A DNA stretch of 30,675 nt from positions 1 to 30,675 of the forward strand of contig JAYVCD010000059.1 of the NCBI GenBank assembly GCA_043750125.1. The letters run 5' to 3'. Below, piece after piece: positions 19,786 through 29,273 of the stretch. How positions within the stretch are numbered: position 1 is the stretch's first letter; each line of letters opens with the position of its first letter. Under the pieces are notes generated by a model, which did not search any database, was not told the DNA's origin, and was given only the letters and a program-made list of their open reading frames with translations. The position numbers and the translations under genes are program-made. The stretch comes from Archangiaceae bacterium. GTDB taxonomy: Bacteria; Myxococcota; Myxococcia; Myxococcales; Myxococcaceae.

Positions 19786-22335
19786 TCATCCCGTCGGCCC
19801 CGGGGGCGAGACCTGTTTGAGCAGCGCCGCGATCCCCTCGAGCATCGCAGCGAAAGCCGCTGCAGCCTCGGGTTTGGCCTCGAGCACCATTCGGCCGTCC
19901 TCCATTCGCTGCACTCGGATTCCAGCCATGAAGTCCGAGCCTGGTGTCGTCGGCGCGGGCTGGATCTGCACAGAACTGAGCGCTGTCATGTCGCTCACGT
20001 CTGCGGAACCCTCTTCGCGATCTTCGTCATCCGCCGCCACCGGCAGATCCGGTAAGACCATCGGCTCGAGCACTTTCTGCAGATTCGCCATGAAGGATCC
20101 CCCCTTCTCGAATTGCACCTCGTCGGACGAGCCATCGAAGAGCCCATCGAACAGCGCTTTCTTGTTGCCGACGATCGACGCGATCCTCGACTCGATGCCC
20201 GTCGCGGAAACCAGCGCGTAGATTTCGACCGGACTTGTTTGTCCAAGGCGGTAGATGCGACTCGAGCGCTGCTCCATCACTGCTGGGTTCCAGGGGAGAT
20301 CCAGTTGAACGCAGGCGCTCGCGGCGCGTTGCAGGTTGAGTCCGACCCCACCCGCGTCCGTCGCGAAGAACACCCGTGTCCGCGGATCGTCGTGAAAATC
20401 CACGACGTTCTGAGTGCGCCGTTTCTGGCTTTCGTCGCCTGTGAAATAGACGGCGCGCAGGCCGGCGTCCGCGAGGATGTCCGAGACTGCCCACTCGGCC
20501 AGCCGGAGCATTCGCTTCCACTGGCTGAACACCACCACCTTGCGGCCCTGGGTGACGGCGAGGTTGAACACCAATTCCCGAAATTCAAACAGCTTTGGGC
20601 TGAACAGGCCACGCAGGCTCGCCTCCGAGGGACGTTGACCTTGCGCGAGCCCTGACCAGGTTTGCTCGAAGTCTCGCTGGGCGAGGCCGTTGCAGATGAT
20701 CCGCTGCTGCGTCATCAACGACATCAGCTTCAAGAACTCCGGCTGAGTGAGCGGGCGCGTCTTCGATGTCCGAATTAACCGGGCGATTGGCTGATCGAGT
20801 TCAGCATGCGCCTGGATTTGCTCTTCGGTCATCGTCACGGCAACGCGGGTGTCGGTCCGCGGCGGAAGCTGGCTGAGCACGTCCTTGCGAACCCGCCGTA
20901 GGCAGGCAGGCTTCAGGCGCGCCCGAAGGGTGTCGAGGTTCTTTGCTCCCGCCACATCGCGCAGCCCGTCGACGCGGGTGGTGTGCCATTCGGACAGTCG
21001 CCACTTCGGCTCGAGCGCGCGATCATCGACCCAGTCCATCAGCGAGGCGAGCTCTGTGACGCGGTTCTCCAGCGGAGTCCCCGAGAGCACCAGCCGCCAT
21101 TGTGGCCGCAATCGCTTCACGTACAGCGAAGTCTTCGCAGCCCAGTTCTTGATTCGCTGGGCCTCGTCGAGGACGACCATCTGCGGTGCAAATCGGATCA
21201 ACTGGGGCAGATCCTTCAGGACCTGTTCGTAATTCACCAACAGGAACCCGGACTTCGTCTCACGGTACTGGCGGGTTCGGTCTTCGGGAGGACCGTCGAC
21301 GATTGCCGCCGGCGTGGTGGTGAACAGCTTCCATTCCCTCAGCCACTGCGGTTTGAGCGCAGCCGGAACGATGACCAGGCCGCGCTGAACGCGGCCGGTC
21401 GAGTGCAGCACGTGACACGAGGCGATGGCCTGCGCCGTTTTTCCCAGGCCCATGTCGTCAGCGAGCAGCAGCCTCCCGGCCGCCAGGAAGCGGGCAACCC
21501 CCTCCTCCTGATACGCAAACAGAGGGCGCCGAAGGCTCGCCAACGCCCGCTTTGACTCCTTCTGGCTTGGGGCAGCCTCGGCCCTGCGAGTCAGCATCTC
21601 CTGCTCCTGCTGGAGCAAAGCGCAGACGGCGGGGTCTGCTCGAAGCTCGGAGCCCTTGCTGCGGGCGATCCACGAGCACAGCGAACCCACCAGCTTCAGT
21701 CTCTTCGCCGGCGCATCGGCGAATGCCGACCTGAGGAATCGCGGGGCACCGCGCGGGTCGAACCACCCCTTGAGCTCGAGGGGGACGTCCGCCGCTGTCC
21801 AGCGCACGCCCTCCAACCAGTCCCCTGCACCGAGCAGCGGGCGGACCGGATCCCAACAGATCGCGGGCGGTGAAACTGAGCCCACCGCTGCTCTGCCATT
21901 CGCGTCGAAACCTCGCTCGACCAGCCACCACAGGTGCTTGCACAGACCCAGCGAGCTGCGCGAGAAATCGGGGCAGTCACAGCTTCCGGCCAGATCGCCC
22001 ATCGACAAAACCAGAACGCGATACGACTTCTCCTTGGCGACGGCGACGCGGTAGAGCCCAGAGCCGGAACGCCCACGGGGTCTCGCTTCGATGTGCCATG
22101 AATCGCTCGACTCCTTCATCGCCTTCGCACGCCGCAGCAGCGCCTCGAGAGCCGCCCGGCGAAGCGGAAAGTCGCCCCCAGGCGTGACGCGGAGAATGTG
22201 CTCGGCAATCAGCGCCGCGGGAATGCTTCCGGTATGTCCATCCGCCTCGGACAAAAGGACGTTGTAGGCCTCCCGATCTGCATCGGGGGATTGAAGGGCG
22301 ACGGCGGCGGGCATCGGGGCTCCATGGCTGTTCAC
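19786..22335 (-). CDS. SWIM zinc finger-SNF2 family helicase/ATPase
   Basis: SCDCPDF...CKH (SWIM), LADDMGLGKT, DEAQ, LSGTP, TDAGGVGLNLQ, PWNP, QRSSRIYRLGQ. Start could be 22314. Confidence 0.93.
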   Translation of the reverse strand: MNSHGAPMPAAVALQSPDADREAYNVLLSEADGHTGSIPAALIAEHILRVTPGGDFPLRRAALEALLRRAKAMKESSDSWHIEARPRGRSGSGLYRVAVAKEKSYRVLVLSMGDLAGSCDCPDFSRSSLGLCKHLWWLVERGFDANGRAAVGSVSPPAICWDPVRPLLGAGDWLEGVRWTAADVPLELKGWFDPRGAPRFLRSAFADAPAKRLKLVGSLCSWIARSKGSELRADPAVCALLQQEQEMLTRRAEAAPSQKESKRALASLRRPLFAYQEEGVARFLAAGRLLLADDMGLGKTAQAIASCHVLHSTGRVQRGLVIVPAALKPQWLREWKLFTTTPAAIVDGPPEDRTRQYRETKSGFLLVNYEQVLKDLPQLIRFAPQMVVLDEAQRIKNWAAKTSLYVKRLRPQWRLVLSGTPLENRVTELASLMDWVDDRALEPKWRLSEWHTTRVDGLRDVAGAKNLDTLRARLKPACLRRVRKDVLSQLPPRTDTRVAVTMTEEQIQAHAELDQPIARLIRTSKTRPLTQPEFLKLMSLMTQQRIICNGLAQRDFEQTWSGLAQGQRPSEASLRGLFSPKLFEFRELVFNLAVTQGRKVVVFSQWKRMLRLAEWAVSDILADAGLRAVYFTGDESQKRRTQNVVDFHDDPRTRVFFATDAGGVGLNLQRAASACVQLDLPWNPAVMEQRSSRIYRLGQTSPVEIYALVSATGIESRIASIVGNKKALFDGLFDGSSDEVQFEKGGSFMANLQKVLEPMVLPDLPVAADDEDREEGSADVSDMTALSSVQIQPAPTTPGSDFMAGIRVQRMEDGRMVLEAKPEAAAAFAAMLEGIAALLKQVSPPGPTG

Positions 22336-22575
22336 TGCGGAGAAGTCGGCCGCATAACACGCAGGGCTGACACGGCAGATCGAACGTCAGTCGTCGAAAA
22401 TCGAGGAGGGCTCCTCGGGAGAGGCATCTGGCGCCAGGTCTGCGCCGTTCGGCCAACCGTGCCCCGAATTCGTCTAGCGACACCCTCTGGAAAAACGACT
22501 CGTCGCGCAACGGAAGCAAGACCGGAGCCGAAGGAGATGTTTCACGGCGACTTCGGGTGGGTGGGGACTTTGGTC

Positions 22576-22604
22576 CACCTTGGTAGAATATCTCTACCAA
22601 GGTG
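22576..22604. promoter_or_regulatory. VapBC autoregulatory operator overlapping a candidate -10
   Basis: CACCTTGGTAGA-ATATC-TCTACCAAGGTG perfect 12-5-12 palindrome containing TGG-TAGAAT, 15 bp before the vapB ATG. Confidence 0.8.
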
Positions 22605-22619
22605 TATATTTGGGGTGAG

Positions 22620-22892
22620 ATGGCACTCAACATCAAGAACGCGCGGGTCGAGCAACTGGCAGCGGAAGTTTCGGAAGCGACCGGCGAGACCAAGACTGAA
22701 GCGATTCGACGAGCGCTCGAAGAGCGACAGCAGCGGCTGAGCCTGCGCAGCTCGACTGGAGATCTGCGTGCGAATCTCCTCCGCTTTCTGGCGCGGGAGG
22801 TCTGGCCGACGATTCCAAAGCGCCACCTCGACAAGGCAATCACCAAGAAAGAGCGCGCTAAAATCCTGGGGTACGGGCCGGGTGGAGTGTGA
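22620..22892 (+). CDS. vapB: Type II antitoxin VapB (Rv0623-like RHH)
   Basis: MALNIKNARVEQLAAEV...TGETKTEAIRRALEER...KILGYGPGGV; GTGA overlap with the toxin. Confidence 0.92.
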   Translation: MALNIKNARVEQLAAEVSEATGETKTEAIRRALEERQQRLSLRSSTGDLRANLLRFLAREVWPTIPKRHLDKAITKKERAKILGYGPGGV

Positions 22893-23275
22893 TCCTCGAC
22901 AGCTCGGCAGTGCTTGCGGTCGTGCTCAGAGAACCCGGCTTTGAGTCCCTGGTCGACAAGCTGGTCGTCAAAGGGCCGAAAGGAATCGGGGCCCCCACCC
23001 TCGCCGAAACGGGGCTCGTCTTGACCGCGAAGCTGAAGCGCGACCCGCGCGGCCTTCTCAAACGCTTTCTCGAGGAAGTCGACGTAGAGACGGTTCCGTT
23101 TGGGGACGAGCACTGGGTCGAGGCTCTTGAGGCGTACGAGCGCTTCGGGAAGGGTCGCCATCGCGCCGCCCTGAACTTTGGCGACTGTTTGACCTACGCG
23201 ATTGCCAGACTCTCGAGACAGCCCTTGCTGTGCATCGGAAACGACTTCAGCAAAACGGATCTGCTTCTGGCGTAA
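22889..23275 (+). CDS. vapC: Type II toxin VapC (PIN ribonuclease)
   Basis: MILDSSA...EP...E...RFGKGRHRAALNFGDCLTYA...GNDFSKTD. Confidence 0.95.
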   Translation: MILDSSAVLAVVLREPGFESLVDKLVVKGPKGIGAPTLAETGLVLTAKLKRDPRGLLKRFLEEVDVETVPFGDEHWVEALEAYERFGKGRHRAALNFGDCLTYAIARLSRQPLLCIGNDFSKTDLLLA

Positions 23276-23295
23276 CAGCACCGCGGACCTTCAGC

Positions 23296-23322
23296 GCGCG
23301 GCGACTGTATCCAGCGCCGCGC
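23296..23322. terminator. Possible hairpin between convergent vapC and DUF1552 genes
   Basis: GCGCGGCG...CGCCGCGC 8-bp stem; no U tract. Confidence 0.3.
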
Positions 23323-23352
23323 TCAGCGCCTGCGGGCGCACCCGCCGTTCTC

Positions 23353-24714
23353 TCAGACCAGAATCGGAGCCGCAGTCGTCGACAGGCCTTCCGCCGCACC
23401 GGCCGAAGTGATTTGCGGCCCGATGACGGCCTTCATGCACGAGAGCAGCACGTTGGTGGTGTTCTGCCCCGCGCCGCGCACGTGGATGCCTGCGTTGAGC
23501 GCTCCGCCCGCTTTGCCGGCGACCAGAATCGGGTAGTCGTCGATCGAGTGGTCCAAGCCTTCGGACAGGTCGGAAGTGCAGAGCACGCAGCTGTTGTCGA
23601 GCACGTTGCCCAGCCCTTCGACCGTCTTCTTCATCGCGCTCAAGGTGTACGCGAAGTTCTGCATCGTGAAGGTGATTCCGTCCTGGACCATGCCCTGCGC
23701 CGCGGCGTCGTGGGTCAGCGCGTGCTCGTTGTCCCGCGGGACGGTGGGGGACAGCGACTTGAAGCACTGCCCGCCGACCGAGCCTGAGAATTGGTAGGTC
23801 GCGACCCGGGTGAGGTCACACGCGAAGGCGAGCGCGAGCAGGTCGCTCATCACCTTGCTCACGGCTTCGTACGGCTCGACTCCGGCTACGTCGTTGTTCG
23901 TCTGGGTCGGCGCGCCGGGCTTCACGCACGCCGAGGTGACGACCGGGGGCAGCGCCAGAATCTGGGCGCGCACTTCGGAAATGGCGGTCAGGTGGGCGTC
24001 GAGCCGGCCGCGATCTGCGGTGCCGAGCTTCGGCTTCAATCGATTCGCGTCGTCCTTCACCGCGTCGAGCACGTTGGCCCGCATCCGGTCTCGGGGGTCG
24101 GTCGGATCTTTCGGAGTGAAGCTCCCGAACAGCTGGTTGAACAGCGCCGCCGGGTTGGTCTGCTGCAACATCGGCTGATCCGGCCCGCGGTGCGACAGGT
24201 ACTGCAGCGTCGGACCTTCACCAGTGGTGTAGCGCTTCGAAATCGCCAGCTGCAGCGACTTGATCGGCGTCGCTCCGGCGATCGCGTCGGAAATCACCTG
24301 GTCGATGCTCTTGACCGAGAACTTCGAGGAATAGCCCGCTCCATTGGGAGCCAGCGGAATGAAGGGCGCCCCGGACATCAGCGCGCAGACCCCGTTGTGG
24401 TGGCCGCGCAGGTTGGGGGTCTTCACGTCGTACCCCGAGACGACGCTGACGTAGCTCTTCACGTCGACGCCACGGGCCGCATTGACCAGCGGCTGCAGCA
24501 GCGGAGTCAGCGCCCAGTTCGGCCCGGTCGTCGCCGGGGTCCACTTGTTCTGCAGCACCCCGTTGCCGAAGAACCACGCCACGTAGCGCTTGGGAAATAC
24601 GATTCCGTCGGCGAAGGCGGTGCCGTAGGAATTGAGCATCGAGTCCAGCACCGGCAACGCGAGCGACGCGCCCATTCCCTGCAGCAACGTGCGACGTGCG
24701 AGCTTGAAGCTCAT
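23353..24714 (-). CDS. DUF1552 domain protein (Tat-like N-terminus)
   Basis: MSFKLARRTLLQGMGASLALPVLDSM, FFGNG, SIDQ, LAFACDLTRVAT, HALTH, VLDNS. ATG 24714 overlaps the upstream stop. Confidence 0.92.
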   Translation of the reverse strand: MSFKLARRTLLQGMGASLALPVLDSMLNSYGTAFADGIVFPKRYVAWFFGNGVLQNKWTPATTGPNWALTPLLQPLVNAARGVDVKSYVSVVSGYDVKTPNLRGHHNGVCALMSGAPFIPLAPNGAGYSSKFSVKSIDQVISDAIAGATPIKSLQLAISKRYTTGEGPTLQYLSHRGPDQPMLQQTNPAALFNQLFGSFTPKDPTDPRDRMRANVLDAVKDDANRLKPKLGTADRGRLDAHLTAISEVRAQILALPPVVTSACVKPGAPTQTNNDVAGVEPYEAVSKVMSDLLALAFACDLTRVATYQFSGSVGGQCFKSLSPTVPRDNEHALTHDAAAQGMVQDGITFTMQNFAYTLSAMKKTVEGLGNVLDNSCVLCTSDLSEGLDHSIDDYPILVAGKAGGALNAGIHVRGAGQNTTNVLLSCMKAVIGPQITSAGAAEGLSTTAAPILV

Positions 24715-26462
24715 GGCATCACCCCTTCGGCAGGACGGGCAAACCGAAACGCGTCGGACGCGACGAGCTCGACCAGCAGGTCCTGGTACTTGAAGCCTGA
24801 TTGAGAAAACACATCGTTGAGTGCAGCCAGCGGGCGGGCCTCGCCAGCGAGGTCGACGTGACCTGCGGCATGACGGAACAAGGTGCGGGTGAGGCACTTC
24901 ATCACCCGGGGATCCGCCTTCAGCGCCTGGCCCAGACCGCGGGCATCGGTGAAGGCTTTTCCGTCCAGCGAACCGGTGGCGTCGATCGGCATCCCAATCT
25001 CGGTGGTGCGGTAGGTGCCGACCGCATCGAAATTTTCGAACCCGAAGCCGATCGGATCCATCGAGACATGGCAGGCCCGACAGCCGGCGTTGGTCATGTG
25101 GTTCGACAGCTTCTGGCGCAGCGTCTGCGGCATCGTCGGGTCGCCGACGGGAATCGTGGTGCTCACGTTCACCGGGGGAGCGGCGACCGTCTCACACAGC
25201 AGCCGCTCGCGAATGAACTTCCCGCGGTAGGTCGGCGAGGTCGAGGCAGGGTGCGCCATCAGCGCGAGGAACGCCGTCTGGGTCAACAGCCCCGAGCGCG
25301 GCTGAGCGGCCGGCAGCTGCACCCGCGCGAAGCCCGAAGCGGGCGGGGCCAGGTTGTAGAGCGGGGCGAGGTTCGCATCGACGTAGGTGTAGTCCGCGTC
25401 GAACAGCGTGCGGGCATCGAGGTTGTTGGTGAACAGCACGTTCTCGAGAAACAGCCGGGTCTCTTCGCGCATCGAGGCCGCCATCGCCGGCCGGTAGTTC
25501 GGGTAGCTGATCGGGTCCTTCGCCATCGACGACAGCCCGTCCTGGGAAAGGAACTCGGCGAAGAAGTCCGTCGACGCCGTGGACGCACCGGCCGAAGTGA
25601 GCGCTTTGACCGCGTTGGCTTTGAGACCTTCGGGAGTATCGAGCTCGCCCGCCGCCGCAGCGGTGAGCAGGGCGTCGGAAGGCGTGCTGCCGCTGAGGAA
25701 GTACGACAGCCGGGTCGCCATCTCGTAGCCGGTCAGCTTCAGCTCGCCCGGGCGCGCGGCGTTGGGGACGCCCTGTTCGGCGCGGTAGAGGAAGTTGGGA
25801 GACTGCAGCAGGCCGGCGAGCAGGAACTCGGCGCCGCCGTTGAAGGTGGCGTACGCGGTCGCGGCGTCGTCAGCGACCTTGAGCCAGGTGACGTGCTCGG
25901 CCGCAGTCAGGGGCCGGCGGAAGAGCCGCTTCCCGACGGTGTCGAGCACCTGGGTGAAGCACACGGTGTCGTTCGCCTTGGTCGGAGTGCAGGGAATCAG
26001 CTTCGCCTTCTGCGCCGCATTGGCGAGCGCGGCCTGGACTGCAAGGTAGGCGTTCTTTTCGTAGATCCCTTCCGTCGCCGTCGACACCGAAAGCTGCGAA
26101 GCGCCGATCGCCGTCAAACCGTTGATCGCCGCGTCCGGAGGAGGCGTCACTGCCGCCGCCGCCGCAACCCCGAAGACATCGCGAATCGTGTGTCGGTATT
26201 CGGCGCCCAGCAGCACGCGCATCTGAATCGGCGCGGGAGCGAAGGCCGCCAGCTCGACCGGGATTCCACCGCCCGTGCCGCTGTTCCCGCCGGTGCCTGC
26301 GTTGCCGCCGCCGGTCGATGCCGTTCCGCCGCCGACGCCGATTCCAGAGGCTCCGCCGGTGCCTCCATTCGGAATCCACGGCAGCTTTCCGGGCTCGATT
26401 CTGCCTTCACACGCGCACAGCACGCTGCCAGCGAGAATCATCAGATTGAGAGAGCGTTTCAC
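24711..26462 (-). CDS. DUF1592/DUF1588-family (PSD/PSCyt3) lipoprotein
   Basis: GTG 26462 with signal ending LCAC; Gly/Thr linker; EYRHTIRD, LFRRPL, LQSPNFLYR, EMATRLSYFL, RSGLLT, TSPTYRG, CRACH..MDPIGFGFENFD. Confidence 0.92.
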   Translation of the reverse strand: MKRSLNLMILAGSVLCACEGRIEPGKLPWIPNGGTGGASGIGVGGGTASTGGGNAGTGGNSGTGGGIPVELAAFAPAPIQMRVLLGAEYRHTIRDVFGVAAAAAVTPPPDAAINGLTAIGASQLSVSTATEGIYEKNAYLAVQAALANAAQKAKLIPCTPTKANDTVCFTQVLDTVGKRLFRRPLTAAEHVTWLKVADDAATAYATFNGGAEFLLAGLLQSPNFLYRAEQGVPNAARPGELKLTGYEMATRLSYFLSGSTPSDALLTAAAAGELDTPEGLKANAVKALTSAGASTASTDFFAEFLSQDGLSSMAKDPISYPNYRPAMAASMREETRLFLENVLFTNNLDARTLFDADYTYVDANLAPLYNLAPPASGFARVQLPAAQPRSGLLTQTAFLALMAHPASTSPTYRGKFIRERLLCETVAAPPVNVSTTIPVGDPTMPQTLRQKLSNHMTNAGCRACHVSMDPIGFGFENFDAVGTYRTTEIGMPIDATGSLDGKAFTDARGLGQALKADPRVMKCLTRTLFRHAAGHVDLAGEARPLAALNDVFSQSGFKYQDLLVELVASDAFRFARPAEGVMP

Positions 26463-26614
26463 AGCAGGCGCCAAAGCAAGTCTGGCTCCACCTTTACCCC
26501 CCCCCAAACACCATGCAATCTCGCCCGCTTATTGGGCTTTCGGGTGCCCACTCCAGTTCACAGGAGCGTCCATGCTCCAAAGCCGATTGACCCTTTCTGA
26601 AGCAATTTCTCCGA

Positions 26615-27004
26615 TCAGCTTTCGCGTCGATACCAGGCTCGATTTACGAACGCCTTGCCCTCGGGAGTGTAGGCGCTCTGGACCACCTCCATTTGGGTAC
26701 CGTCGTCCGAGACGCGGCGCGACGCGTGGGCCACGATTTTATCGTCGCGCTCGAGGGTGGTGTTGAGGGTGTGGGAATCCACCAGCTCGAGCGAAGCGGG
26801 CACCTCGCCGTCCCAGGTCAGCCGGAACTCGATGAACTCGGCGACGCCGGTGGCGGTGATAAAATCGAGGGTGAAAGCCAACCCTTCCGGAGTGGCGGCG
26901 ATTCGACACGTCCCATCGCGCGGCGCGGACGTGTGCTCGAAGCTGCACCGCTCGGGGATCAGCCTCCAGGTCCCTTCGAAGGACCGCGCGTCGGGCAAAC
27001 CCAT
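26615..27004 (-). CDS. Hypothetical small beta-barrel (lipocalin-like) protein
   Basis: FEGTWRLIPE N-terminus and RRVSDDGTQMEV...WYRR C-terminus. Confidence 0.65.
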   Translation of the reverse strand: MGLPDARSFEGTWRLIPERCSFEHTSAPRDGTCRIAATPEGLAFTLDFITATGVAEFIEFRLTWDGEVPASLELVDSHTLNTTLERDDKIVAHASRRVSDDGTQMEVVQSAYTPEGKAFVNRAWYRRES

Positions 27005-27035
27005 CGCAGCAGGTTACCGCGTCCGGAATTGTCCC

Positions 27036-27086
27036 GCCGGTCGGACGGCGCTGAATGGCCGGCCGGACGGCGCTGAATGGCCGGTC
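27036..27086. repeat. 22-bp tandem repeat (about 2.3 copies)
   Basis: GCCGG(T/C)CGGACGGCGCTGAATG twice, then GCCGGTC. Confidence 0.85.
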
Positions 27087-27101
27087 AGGCGCCGGCGTTC
27101 G

Positions 27102-27452
27102 CTACACCGGCACGCGGCGCCCGACGTAGCTCGAGTCGTTGAGAAACTTGCTGGCGTCGCTCACGCGCACGCTGCCGTTTGCGAGCCCGTCCCCATCCGG
27201 ATCGCCGTCCGACGTGGATTGCAGAACCTTGCCGCCGCCGAGGTAGATCACGACGTGGCCGTTCTTGACCAGCAGGTCACCGGGCTGGAGCTGATCCTTC
27301 GGCACCGCCGGCAACGAAGCCTTCATCTTGGGCGTGCTGGTCAGCCCCTGTGCGCCGAGGTCGACGCCCGCCTTGCGGAACATGGCCACCACGAAGCCGG
27401 AGCAGTCGTAGCCGACCACGCCCGCGGTCGCTCCGGGGCGGGTCTTCGGCAA
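27102..27452 (-). pseudogene. NlpC/P60 cell-wall peptidase fragment, probably 5'-truncated
   Basis: [25 protein letters not shown] present. In-frame TAG immediately before the TTG; no signal peptide or N-terminal G.PY helix region. Confidence 0.65.
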
Positions 27453-27521
27453 CTACGTAAAGCGATCGCGCAATCGTCAGTGAAGGTGCTGCGTCCCCTG
27501 ACAACGAAGTAAGGGCCTCCG

Positions 27522-29273
27522 ATGCGACCCAGCAACCAGGCCCGCCACGGCGGAGACACCATTGCCTCTGTCCTCACCCGTTGGAAGATCCCCTGCCTCT
27601 TCACGCTCGTCGGTGGACACATCTCGCCGATTCTCGTCGGAGCCAAAGACGCGGGGATCCGGGTCATCGATTGTCGCGATGAGAAAAATGCCGTCTTCGC
27701 CGCAGATGCCGTCGCGCGAATGACCGGGCTGCCGGGCGTGGCGGTGGTGACCGCGGGCCCTGGAGTCACCAACACCCTGACCGCGATGAAGAACGCACAG
27801 CTCGCCCAGTCCCCGGTGGTGCTCTTCGGCGGAGCGACAGCCACCGTGCTCAAGGGCCGCGGCGCCCTGCAGGACATCGATCAGATGGCGTTGATCCATT
27901 CCTCGGTGAAGTGGGCCGCGCGGTGCTCGACGGTCGGCCAGCTCGAGCCGCTGGTCGAGCGCGCGCTCAAAGAAGCCACCACTGGAATTCCCGGCCCGGT
28001 GTTCATCGAAGTGCCGGTCGACGTGCTGTACCCCGAGTCGATCGTCCGCGAGTGGTTCATGAAAGAGAGCGGCGTCGAGAACCCGAAGACGTTGGGACAG
28101 CGGGCGCTGAAGGTCTACCTCTCGGGCCATCTCTACCGGCAGTTTCACGTGCGTCACGTCGACGTGGCACTTCCGCAGTTGAAGCTGCCGAAGCTGCGGC
28201 TCGACGCGCAGCTCGACGAGGCGGTGGAGCTGCTGCGCAACGCAGACCGGCCGGCGCTGGTGATCGGCAGCCAGACGATGGTCAATTGCACCGACCCCGC
28301 CCCGCTGATCCGCGCGGTCCAGAAGCTCAAAATTCCCACCTGGCTCGGAGGGGTCGCGCGCGGACTGCTCGGCCGAGACAGCCCGATTCAGTTTCGCCAC
28401 GCCCGCGGCAAGGCGCTCAAAGAAGCCGACGTCGTGGTGGTGTGCGGCTTCCCTTTCGATTTCCGGATGAAATACGGAATGGGCTTCGGGAAGAACACCC
28501 AGGTCATCGCCGCCAACCTCTCGTCCGAAGAGCTGCGCAAGAACCGCAAGCCCGAGCTCGCGGTGCAGATGCACGCGGCCGACTTCCTGATCAAAGTCGC
28601 TCAGAAGCTCGACACCCAGCCGAACCGCGAAAGCTGGATTGCCGCGTGTCAGAAACGCGAGGACGCGCGCGATGCCGAGATCCGCTCGAAGACCAACAGC
28701 GGCGGCGAGCTCATCGACCCGCTGTATCTGTTCCAACGGTTGGAAGCGAAGCTCGACGACGACTCGGTGTTGGTCGCCGACGGTGGAGATTTCGTCGCCA
28801 CCGCCGCCTACGTCCTCAAGCCGCGAAAGCCGTTGTCCTGGCTCGACCCCGGCGTCTTTGGGACCCTGGGCGTCGGGGGCGGTTTCGCCGTCGGAGCCGC
28901 GGCGGTGCGACCGAAAGCCGAGGTGTGGATCATCTGGGGCGACGGCTCGAGCGCCTACAGCCTGGCGGAATTCGACACCTTCGTGCGCAGTGGAATGGCT
29001 CCGATCGCCGTCATCGGCAACGACGCGTCCTGGGCCCAAATCGCGCGGGACCAGGTGACGATTCTGGGCTCGGACGTAGCCTGCACCCTGCTGCGCAGCG
29101 ACTACCACAAGGTCGCCGAAGGCTACGGCGGAGTCGGGCTGCTGCTCACCGACCCGAAGAAGGTCGACGAAGTGCTCGACCAGGCCAAGGCGCTCTCGAA
29201 GCAGGGCAAGCCGGTCTGCATCAACGTCCACATCGCGAAGACCGACTTCCGCGAAGGGTCGATTTCAATCTGA
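27522..29273 (+). CDS. ThDP-dependent acetolactate synthase-like protein (ILVBL/2-hydroxyacyl-CoA lyase-like)
   Basis: [60 protein letters not shown]...EFDTFVR...GND. Confidence 0.9.
   Translation: MRPSNQARHGGDTIASVLTRWKIPCLFTLVGGHISPILVGAKDAGIRVIDCRDEKNAVFAADAVARMTGLPGVAVVTAGPGVTNTLTAMKNAQLAQSPVVLFGGATATVLKGRGALQDIDQMALIHSSVKWAARCSTVGQLEPLVERALKEATTGIPGPVFIEVPVDVLYPESIVREWFMKESGVENPKTLGQRALKVYLSGHLYRQFHVRHVDVALPQLKLPKLRLDAQLDEAVELLRNADRPALVIGSQTMVNCTDPAPLIRAVQKLKIPTWLGGVARGLLGRDSPIQFRHARGKALKEADVVVVCGFPFDFRMKYGMGFGKNTQVIAANLSSEELRKNRKPELAVQMHAADFLIKVAQKLDTQPNRESWIAACQKREDARDAEIRSKTNSGGELIDPLYLFQRLEAKLDDDSVLVADGGDFVATAAYVLKPRKPLSWLDPGVFGTLGVGGGFAVGAAAVRPKAEVWIIWGDGSSAYSLAEFDTFVRSGMAPIAVIGNDASWAQIARDQVTILGSDVACTLLRSDYHKVAEGYGGVGLLLTDPKKVDEVLDQAKALSKQGKPVCINVHIAKTDFREGSISI

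Noticed and set aside
27036..27086. Mini CRISPR array
   Set aside because: Units are directly adjacent with no spacers, and there are no cas genes.
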